In this document: piece after piece, positions 45,196 through 52,534 of the stretch
How positions within the stretch are numbered: the first letter of the stretch is position 1
Layout of the letters: every line of letters starts with the position of its first letter
Source of the DNA: an uncultured Bacilli bacterium
GTDB taxonomy: Bacteria > Bacillota_I > Bacilli_A > RFN20 > CAG-449
Assembly: GCA_947595215.1 (NCBI GenBank)
Contig: CANQEO010000004.1
Coordinates: 5,493 to 69,492, forward strand
Reading direction: 5' to 3'
Length of the DNA: 64,000 nt
Made by a program: the position numbers and the translations under genes
The notes under the pieces: generated by a model
Seen by the model: only the letters and a program-made list of their open reading frames with translations
Told to the model about the DNA's origin: nothing
The model's database searches: none

Positions 45196-47019
45196 TTAAA
45201 TTTTTACTCTAATACTAGAATAAATATCGTAAATATCGTTTTCATTTAATGCAACAGGGAAATTTTTTAGTCTAGTCATATTCACTGATTCACATAATAT
45301 TTTCATCTGATTATCATCAATTTTTATGAGCGAATTATCGAAAACATCATTAATTATTTTACTTAAATATCTCATAGCATTACTTATCGAATCTACATTA
45401 AATAATATACTTAATTTTTCAAATATAATTTCGATATGTTTAACTTTTTTTGAATCAAGAATAACGCTTTTCTTTTCTATCAATTTTTGCATAACACTAG
45501 GCAAAAGCAAAGCAACCGCCTTACCATGCGGAATATTATAAAGAGATGTTAATTTATAACTTAATGCATGAGCCGCGGTAGTTTGCGAAATATTAATAGC
45601 TTTACCAGCCAAATTTGCAGCATCAAAAATAACTTGTAAATCTTCTAATTCACCATCTAAGTATCGCTGGATATTAGGTAAAATTAACTTTATTGCCTTT
45701 TCAGCATACTCAATACTTTGAGTATTAGAATTAATTGACCACATCGATTCTATACTATGGCAAAGTGCATCAAAAATTGTGGCTTTTTTCTGTTCTAAAG
45801 ATAATGTCTCTAAAAATTTTTTTTCTAAAATCGCTACTTCTGGTATCAACATATCATCAGTTAGAGATTGCTTATTTCCTTCGAAGTAAATTACAGAATA
45901 TCTAGTAGATTCGCTTCCCGTACCTGCAGTGGTAGGAATACAAATATGCTTTAAATTAATATATTTATGATTTTGCTTCAAAAAATTATCATTACTATCT
46001 AATGGTAAAAAAAGTTTAATTGATTTAGCGGTATCAATTGCACTTCCTCCACCAATCGAAATTATAGAATCACAATTATTCTTTTTAAATAATTCTAATC
46101 CTTTTACACAATCTTCATATATTGGATTAGCTTTAAAATCACTAAAATAAATCGGCTCTAAGAATTCTTCTAATTTCTGTGTAACCCAACCATTTTTCAA
46201 AAAAGGTGCTATAACAACAAAAGGTTTTTTTATATTATATTTTCCGATAATATTTCTTATGTTTTCAAAACCATACAAAATTTCTTGTTCCTTATAATCC
46301 ATAGCTTCTATTTCTTTAGAAACCTTTTCGTAATCATCTAAATTATCAATCTCATTAATATAAAAGCCATCATATGACATAACGTTAATATTCATATTAG
46401 ACGAAACTTCATTAAAAGCATTTTCAGCATAAACATCAAATATATTTTTGTTCTCTATAAAGTCAACTACCGAATTAATCCATACCTTAAAATCTTTTTG
46501 AGACAACTTATAAAGCGGTTGAAAAGTAAAGCAATTTTCATCAAATATATTGATGCCAACTTCTACAATCCGATTATTTATTACACGTGCTTTAAAATCT
46601 TTTTCTGGTAGCGGTAAATTCTTGTTAATTAATCCTATAGATGGAAATTTATTTTCAAGAATAGTTTCAACTAGTTTCTTATTAAATACGAGATCACCAT
46701 GAAGAGTCAAGAAATCATCATTCAAAAAATCTTTTGCAAGATAAAATGAATAGATGTAATTGGTTTTATCATACAAATCATTATGGACAAAATGAAAAAT
46801 TAAATCCTTATAAGCTTCCTTTTTAGTAATTTCAATTAACTGATGTTCAAATGGCCCGGTTGTAATAACAAATTCTTTGATTCCACATTCTTGTAAAATT
46901 CTAATTTGTCTTTCAAATAACGTTTCACCATTTAGTAATTTAATCATTGATTTATGGGTATGTGATGTTAACTCACCCATTCTTTTACCTATACCGGAAT
47001 TAAAAATCAACGCTTTCAT
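45196..47019 (-). CDS. Fusion: LicC/PntC-like nucleotidyltransferase (N) + group III iron-containing alcohol dehydrogenase (C); predicted phosphonoacetaldehyde reductase
   Basis: N-terminus ALIFNSGIGKRMG ... HGD ... NEIDNLDDY (NTP_transf_3 / LicC-like). C-terminus GGGSAIDTAKSI, PTTAGTGSE and HGKAVA (Fe-ADH). Its start abuts the stop of the phosphonopyruvate decarboxylase gene. Confidence 0.75.
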   Translation of the reverse strand: MKALIFNSGIGKRMGELTSHTHKSMIKLLNGETLFERQIRILQECGIKEFVITTGPFEHQLIEITKKEAYKDLIFHFVHNDLYDKTNYIYSFYLAKDFLNDDFLTLHGDLVFNKKLVETILENKFPSIGLINKNLPLPEKDFKARVINNRIVEVGINIFDENCFTFQPLYKLSQKDFKVWINSVVDFIENKNIFDVYAENAFNEVSSNMNINVMSYDGFYINEIDNLDDYEKVSKEIEAMDYKEQEILYGFENIRNIIGKYNIKKPFVVIAPFLKNGWVTQKLEEFLEPIYFSDFKANPIYEDCVKGLELFKKNNCDSIISIGGGSAIDTAKSIKLFLPLDSNDNFLKQNHKYINLKHICIPTTAGTGSESTRYSVIYFEGNKQSLTDDMLIPEVAILEKKFLETLSLEQKKATIFDALCHSIESMWSINSNTQSIEYAEKAIKLILPNIQRYLDGELEDLQVIFDAANLAGKAINISQTTAAHALSYKLTSLYNIPHGKAVALLLPSVMQKLIEKKSVILDSKKVKHIEIIFEKLSILFNVDSISNAMRYLSKIINDVFDNSLIKIDDNQMKILCESVNMTRLKNFPVALNENDIYDIYSSIRVKI

Positions 47020-48132
47020 TTATCTTACACCTAATTTTTTCATTAATGCAATTTTATTTTCTATAGGGGTGGTAGTTGGTCTTCCAAGATTCTCCCTAGA
47101 ACCTTGTTTTGTATGTAAAACTAATGCTACTGCATTCTCTTTTTTCAATACAGAAATACCTTTTTTTATTTCATCTTGAGTTGAGGCAATTATTACATTT
47201 TTAAACCCACAAGCCTTAAGAATTGCTGGAATATCTAGTGATTTTGAACAAGTTGGTTGTCCACCGACTGATTCGTGCGCATTATTGTCATTTAGAATAT
47301 ATTTAAAATTATTAGGCATATTAGCAGCAATGACGCCTAAACTTCCCATATGCATAATAAAAGAACCATCACCATCAATGCAATAAACATTCTTATCTGT
47401 TCCAATACTTACCCCATAAGCAATAGAAGCTGTATGTCCCATAGATCCTACAGTAAGAAAATCATTTGCATGACCTTGTTTATTTGCCTCTCTAATTTCA
47501 AAAATCTCACGAGAAGTCTTGCCTGTAGTAGAGACAATTATATCTTCATCAGACAATGAATCTATAATTGCTTTTAAAGCATCTTCTCTAGTCATTGTGT
47601 AGGAAGAGGTTTCTAACTTAATCTTATAATCGGAAAATAATCCTTTTTTAATTACTAAAGCATATGGTTTGTTGTTTTTATTCATGTAATCGATAGCTCT
47701 TGTCAAAGCATCTTGATAATTATCACTCAAAACCTCATAGTCAATTCCCATCGATTGCAATAATGGTATAGTTACTTTTCCTTGTTTTACGTGTTGTGGT
47801 TCATCATGTTTACCTGGTTCACCACGCCATCCAATTATTAAGAGCATTGGAATCGAGTAAACATCTTCATCCGCTAAAGATAATAATGGATTTATAGCAT
47901 TTCCTTCACCTGAGTTTTGCATATAAACACATCCTATCTTTCCAGTTGAAAGATGATAGCCTGCACACATAGCGACAGCATTACCTTCATTAGCGGTAAT
48001 GATATTTTTCTCTTTTGAAGAATTCATTTTAATACATGCACATAAATTCGCCAATAATGAATCAGGCACACCAGCAAAAAAATCAATATTGTTATCACAT
48101 AAATAATCGTAAAACTCTTTTGTGTCAATCAT
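47020..48132 (-). CDS. ppd: Phosphonopyruvate decarboxylase (TPP-dependent)
   Basis: 370 aa with the N-terminus FYDYLCDNNIDFFAGVPDSLL and the TPP-binding GDGSFIMHMG...N motif. Directly downstream of the PEP mutase gene. Confidence 0.85.
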   Translation of the reverse strand: MIDTKEFYDYLCDNNIDFFAGVPDSLLANLCACIKMNSSKEKNIITANEGNAVAMCAGYHLSTGKIGCVYMQNSGEGNAINPLLSLADEDVYSIPMLLIIGWRGEPGKHDEPQHVKQGKVTIPLLQSMGIDYEVLSDNYQDALTRAIDYMNKNNKPYALVIKKGLFSDYKIKLETSSYTMTREDALKAIIDSLSDEDIIVSTTGKTSREIFEIREANKQGHANDFLTVGSMGHTASIAYGVSIGTDKNVYCIDGDGSFIMHMGSLGVIAANMPNNFKYILNDNNAHESVGGQPTCSKSLDIPAILKACGFKNVIIASTQDEIKKGISVLKKENAVALVLHTKQGSRENLGRPTTTPIENKIALMKKLGVR

Positions 48133-48148
48133 AATAACTACTAGCTCC

Positions 48149-49462
48149 TTATTGCTTTGTACCTGGAATAAGTTCTAAAACTTCTTTTATTGAGATACAG
48201 TACTTTTGAGATGCTTCTAATGAACGATGATGTTTTAAAACTTCTTCAGCACAGTTTTTCATTGCAGGATATGCACTTCTTAACATATGGTTTGCATGAA
48301 TTATAATGTTGGCACCCCATTCATGCAATTCTTCTTCAGTGAATTGATTATATGAAGTAGGAACTAAAATGACAGGAATATCTTTAGAGTATTCTCTAAA
48401 TCTTCTCAAAAATTCTTTAATCTCTTGACCATCTTTTTCTTTAGAATGAATCATGATACCATCAGCACAACCTTCTTCGATATAAATCTTTGCTCTCATG
48501 AGGGCTTCCTCAATACCGTAACCGGCAATTAAAGCTTCTATTCTAGCAAAAATCAAGAAATCTTTTGTAACTTGAGCGATTTTACCAGCTTTAATCTTTT
48601 TGGCAAATTCATGTGGATCATCTAATACTTGTTTTGCTTCTGTACCAAACAAAGAATTTTGTTTTAAACCTGTTTTATCTTCAATAATAATTGCAGATAC
48701 TCCTAATCTTTCCAGAGTTCTAACATTATAGGTAAAATGTTCAGTTTTTCCACCAGTATCTCCATCTAAAATAATCGGTTTAGTTGTCACTTCCATTATC
48801 TCTTCGATAGTTCTAAGTCTTGAAGTTAAATCGACTAATTCAATATCTGGTTTACCTTTAAAAGAAGAATCACATAAAGAAGATACCCACATGGCATCAA
48901 ATTCTTTTTGTGTTTCATTATCTTCTTCAACTACTTTAGTATTCTCCACAATTAAACCCGTTAATCCATTGCTAGCTTCCATAACATTAACAAATGGTTT
49001 AAGCGTTAAAAGTTTTCTTAATTTAGCGCGACGATAATCGGGAGTATTTATTAATTCACGATAATTTTGTTCTAGCATAGTACTAGAAATATCTTTTGTA
49101 TAAGGAATTTCGATTAATTTGCCGCCCCAAGTAGCTAATGTATCAATAACTTTTTGGCGAATATTTCTTTGAATACCGGTTCTCCAATCATCGCCATGAA
49201 GAACATAATCAGGTTTTAATGCTATTAAATTATCTGTGTAATCTAATGTAGTTTGCGGAACAACTTTAGTTACACCCTTTATATTTTCAAAGATAATTTT
49301 TCTTTCTTCGTATGATAAAAGAGGCAATCTTTTGTAAGAAGCAATTGCTTCATCGGTTAACAAACCGACAATAACATTTCCCAATTTTATTCCTTCTTTA
49401 ATGATATTGATGTGACCATTATGAATAACATCAGCACTCATAACTATATAAACATTTTTCAT
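48149..49462 (-). CDS. Fusion: HxGH cytidylyltransferase domain (N) + phosphoenolpyruvate phosphomutase (C), Fom1-like architecture
   Basis: N-terminus [18 protein letters not shown] (the CTP-transferase HxGH motif). The C-terminus is ICL/PEP-mutase fold, with DGDTGG and the PepM-diagnostic EDKxxxxxNS present as [13 protein letters not shown]. Confidence 0.88.
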   Translation of the reverse strand: MKNVYIVMSADVIHNGHINIIKEGIKLGNVIVGLLTDEAIASYKRLPLLSYEERKIIFENIKGVTKVVPQTTLDYTDNLIALKPDYVLHGDDWRTGIQRNIRQKVIDTLATWGGKLIEIPYTKDISSTMLEQNYRELINTPDYRRAKLRKLLTLKPFVNVMEASNGLTGLIVENTKVVEEDNETQKEFDAMWVSSLCDSSFKGKPDIELVDLTSRLRTIEEIMEVTTKPIILDGDTGGKTEHFTYNVRTLERLGVSAIIIEDKTGLKQNSLFGTEAKQVLDDPHEFAKKIKAGKIAQVTKDFLIFARIEALIAGYGIEEALMRAKIYIEEGCADGIMIHSKEKDGQEIKEFLRRFREYSKDIPVILVPTSYNQFTEEELHEWGANIIIHANHMLRSAYPAMKNCAEEVLKHHRSLEASQKYCISIKEVLELIPGTKQ

Positions 49463-49793
49463 AATAAACTTTATACCTTTCTTACTGGACTATTTACCAT
49501 TTTATTTTGTTCTAATATTTTTTTAGCAAGTTAGTACAATATAAACCTCCATCTACTTTTAAATTATAAATAATCGCAAAAATTTTTACTATAGTTATAT
49601 GCATAATTTTTATAATACAAAAAAAATTTTAGATATATTATCACCTGTAATTTCATCACATCATTTAACATCTATAAAATCAGCAAATGCTTTAAAATTA
49701 TCATAATTTTTATCTATAATTATTTTTTATAACTTCCTAATTTACTTTTTAATCTAATTCTATTATCACTTTCACTCTTTAAACGACAGCTTA

Positions 49794-49836
49794 TGGTTAA
49801 ACTATTTATCGCAATAGAGATTCAAATAATAGCAAT
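49794..49836. promoter_or_regulatory. 43-nt conserved box, copy B (upstream of the phosphonate operon)
   Basis: TGGTTAAACTATTTATCGCAATAGAGATTCAAATAATAGCAAT. Same orientation as copy A. Lies 332-374 nt upstream of the PepM start codon. Confidence 0.55.
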
Positions 49837-49907
49837 TAAATATTTAAATAAGTTATATCTAATTAATATTTCTAAAGTTCATCAATTTTCTATTATCTCT
49901 TAAACAT

Positions 49908-49945
49908 TAAAAATCTCCTATCCGTGTTATATTATTTTAGGAGAT
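49908..49945 (-). terminator. Rho-independent terminator after the 2-TM protein gene
   Basis: On the minus strand: ATCTCCTA-N17-TAGGAGAT followed by TTTT. Confidence 0.6.
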
Positions 49946-49971
49946 TATTTTATCTATTTTTAAATTTGTTC

Positions 49972-51189
49972 TTATAGATTCTCTTTACGCAAGTATTTAA
50001 GTAAGAAAACTATCGATGCACTTGTGAATGGCATCATTTTATAGTTTTTTTCATTAATTATCATTTTATCTGGTTGAATTGTACAATGTTCTAAATCATC
50101 GATGGTAAGAAGTAAAAATTTCGAACCATCCATATTTTTAAAATGTTTGTCTTTTTTTAAATTCTCTACCTCTTGTTCAAAGTTGTAACGAAATTCCTCT
50201 TCTGAAAGATTTGTTTTCCAATAAAATATAAATTGTGGTTTGCCTCCCTCTAAAAGATCACGGCAAAACCCAAAGATTCCTTTAGTTATTTCAATATTAT
50301 TATCAATATCGATATTGAGTTCTTTTTTTATTTCTTCGATTATTGCTTTATTAAGTCCGTTTACACTCAGTGTTCTATCATCTTCAAGTGCGTATGCCGA
50401 TTTTAACGAAGCACTTACGCTACACCCTAAAGTTCTTTTACCAATCGAAAGATCGTTATCACGCTCAACAAAAATAATTTTGCCATTTTGAAGTTCGATA
50501 AAACCATTAAATCCTAAATGATTTGATAACTTTGAATCTTTTAATGAATTGAGGAAAGGACCCGGTTCATAAATATCTCTTATTGTTTTACCATTATTCA
50601 ACTTATAATCCATCACTCTATTTGTTATTAGTGAATCATAGTAATATGTTCGAGAATATAATAATTCTACTTTGTTTCCATTTGTTCTCAAATCATCCAA
50701 ACGAATACTCATAGAATTGTAAACCACTGAAAATTTATGAGCCTGCATTAAACAATCTGAATTTGTCGCAACTTGCGTGGGAAGTTGATAGTTTTTACTT
50801 GAATGTGAATGGTCTATAACTATATCAAATGGTGGTTGATCATAATAGCGGAAAACTAATTGTTCTACAGGAAATTTTTTGCCTTGATAGTCAATCATTT
50901 GCATACGGGAATATTTTTTGATAAGCGTATTATAGTCTGTAGTAAGTTTTGTTGCATCTTCACAAACTCTTCCTATAACGTTTTCTATAGAATAAGCAAT
51001 GATCTCACAAATAAAGGCAATAATAATAGCTACAAAAGTTTGAACATCAAATATATTTTCAAAACTTAAGGAGTTATCGATTGCTTTAAAAACTATTAAA
51101 AGCACAACCGGCACAAGGAAAATAATAACTTTAATCACAGTTGGATTAATAATATTTTTTAATACTCGATAAAATTTTTCTTTTGTCAT
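49972..51189 (-). CDS. Hypothetical membrane protein: two N-terminal TM helices + ~320-aa unassigned soluble domain
   Basis: The ATG at 51189 lies 7 nt after GGAG; the track start is 51216. TM helices are VIKVIIFLVPVVLLIVF and FVAIIIAFICEIIAYSI. The gene is monocistronic, with long non-coding flanks of 509 and ~690 bp. Confidence 0.6.
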   Translation of the reverse strand: MTKEKFYRVLKNIINPTVIKVIIFLVPVVLLIVFKAIDNSLSFENIFDVQTFVAIIIAFICEIIAYSIENVIGRVCEDATKLTTDYNTLIKKYSRMQMIDYQGKKFPVEQLVFRYYDQPPFDIVIDHSHSSKNYQLPTQVATNSDCLMQAHKFSVVYNSMSIRLDDLRTNGNKVELLYSRTYYYDSLITNRVMDYKLNNGKTIRDIYEPGPFLNSLKDSKLSNHLGFNGFIELQNGKIIFVERDNDLSIGKRTLGCSVSASLKSAYALEDDRTLSVNGLNKAIIEEIKKELNIDIDNNIEITKGIFGFCRDLLEGGKPQFIFYWKTNLSEEEFRYNFEQEVENLKKDKHFKNMDGSKFLLLTIDDLEHCTIQPDKMIINEKNYKMMPFTSASIVFLLKYLRKENL

Positions 51190-51353
51190 AAAAGATCTCC
51201 TACCAATATAATTCATTAAGTAAAATGTAACATATAAATCGCATTAAATCAAATTTATTATTGTTACTAAAGCGTGGCGATAATAGTATCAATTATAAAA
51301 AAAATATGGTTACGATATTAAAAATTTATGTAATCGAAAATGAAAAATACAAA

Positions 51354-51590
51354 AGAAAAACCACCTCCATAGATGGCTTCAACCGATTCGCAGAAATTGT
51401 ATTGTTAATAGAAACTCTCCTTTTCTAATCTTTTATATGAAGTTTCTTATCTACGTCTCGGTAGAGTATCTGGTGGTTCCCCTTTGCTAGCGACACTTAT
51501 CTTGCATACACAAGATTTGGAGATGGTTTTGTCTATATGCCAATGCATCAAGACGAAAGAATTATTATCTATAAATTCATTTTTGTAAAT
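51354..51590 (-). ncRNA. Candidate ~240-nt non-coding RNA or leader, delimited by a strong promoter and an intrinsic terminator
   Basis: Promoter on the minus strand: TTGACA (51624-51619), 16 nt spacer, TATAGT (51602-51597). Terminator: CCAUCU-AUGG-AGGUGG plus UUUUU at 51376-51354. The body is noticeably more GC-rich than its flanks and has no ORF of 60 aa or more. I could not assign an RNA class. Confidence 0.4.
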
Positions 51591-51845
51591 AGTAGCACTA
51601 TAAGAATTTTTATCAATTTGTCAACCGATATAATAATCATCTTTTTATAAATTTATTTTCAAAAAATTACAAAAAATGGAAACAAATACTTCGGTGTCTA
51701 TCATCTTGATACACAAAATACAATTCAAAAAGATAATACCATTTCAAGTTATAATTAAAAATTTTGTGACAGGTATGATCCCAAGAAGTCGCGAAATTTA
51801 CAAATTTTTACAAGTAATTTATTAAAAATATCAAATTTTTTTGTC

Positions 51846-51868
51846 AAAAAGTAATCTAAAAAGATTAC
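51846..51868 (-). terminator. Rho-independent terminator after the acetyltransferase gene
   Basis: On the minus strand: GTAATCT-TTTT-AGATTAC followed by TTTTT, beginning 10 nt after the stop codon. Confidence 0.7.
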
Positions 51869-51878
51869 ATTTATTAAA

Positions 51879-52421
51879 TTATTTTATAAATATTGGAATA
51901 TTTAAATGTGAATTGTTATTACTAATTTTTCTTGCCGGAACTCCTCCCCACGTTGTTCCCTCTTCAGTTATGCTTTTTGTAACTACTGCATTTGCTCCAA
52001 TCGCTACATCAGAAGCTATTTTTATATTTCCGATTACTTTACTGCCACTTCCTAATAATATGTTATCTCCAAGAATTGGAACATGATTAGATGGGCCCGA
52101 AGCACCTATTATACATTGAGCATGGATGCGAAGATTTTTACCAACTTTTGCTTTTCCATTTATAAAAATGCATCCTAAATGAGCTATTGATAATCCTGGT
52201 TCACATACATTCAAAGGTATATATGTTATATACTTATTGCTCAATCTATTTAATATAAACTTGTAGATTCGAAATCTTATTCTTTTATTGCAATTATAAA
52301 AATACTCGCAATAACGCAATAATTTAACATATTTAAACTCCTTCGAATTTAAACTTTGATTATTCTCAGAATCTTTCTTAATATATTCTTTTAAATCATT
52401 TTTTGTTTTTATCATAAGCAA
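51879..52421 (-). CDS. Left-handed beta-helix (hexapeptide) O-acetyltransferase, WcaB/CysE-like
   Basis: Hexapeptide repeats (IHAQCIIGASG..., LGDNILLGSGSKVIGNIKIASDVAIGANAVV). Located in the glycan locus. Confidence 0.75.
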   Translation of the reverse strand: MLMIKTKNDLKEYIKKDSENNQSLNSKEFKYVKLLRYCEYFYNCNKRIRFRIYKFILNRLSNKYITYIPLNVCEPGLSIAHLGCIFINGKAKVGKNLRIHAQCIIGASGPSNHVPILGDNILLGSGSKVIGNIKIASDVAIGANAVVTKSITEEGTTWGGVPARKISNNNSHLNIPIFIK

Positions 52422-52534
52422 ATGATAAAAAATATTTTAGTGTAAGACAATGTGTTTGTTATAAAATAAAAGATGTATATCTTTTTTACAATTATAATCA
52501 AAATTAAAAAATAAAGTTTTCAAAATGGAATATC

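Noticed and set aside
45019-45249. 76-aa plus-strand ORF in the spacer after the phosphonate operon
   Set aside because: Its AT-rich, low-complexity translation lacks an SD and overlaps the 3' end of the convergently read NTase-ADH gene.
45196-49462. Interpreting the Fom1/Fom2/FomC-like genes as a fosfomycin-type antibiotic gene cluster
   Set aside because: The window has no Fom3-like cobalamin radical SAM methyltransferase, Fom4/HppE-like epoxidase, resistance kinase or exporter. The genomic context is glycan assembly. Only the early steps up to (CMP-)HEP are supported.
51447-51548. 33-codon minus-strand ORF (MHWHIDKTISKSCVCKISVASKGEPPDTLPRRR) inside the ncRNA candidate
   Set aside because: No Shine-Dalgarno precedes the ATG. 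The peptide is neither hydrophobic nor toxin-like. It overlaps the predicted structured GC-rich core. I kept it only as a caveat to the ncRNA call.
51354-51624. Assigning the structured region to a known riboswitch or leader class (T-box, TPP, glycine, ydaO/c-di-AMP, GEMM, ykkC) or to 6S RNA/tmRNA/SRP/RNase P
   Set aside because: The diagnostic conserved blocks of these RNAs, as far as I can recall them, are not present. Only short chance similarities such as GGGGAACCA were seen. A covariance-model scan is required.
51354-51624. A retron or type III toxin-antitoxin interpretation of ncRNA plus 2-TM protein
   Set aside because: No reverse transcriptase gene is nearby. There are no tandem ~35-nt repeats of the kind seen in ToxI/CptI-type antitoxin RNAs.
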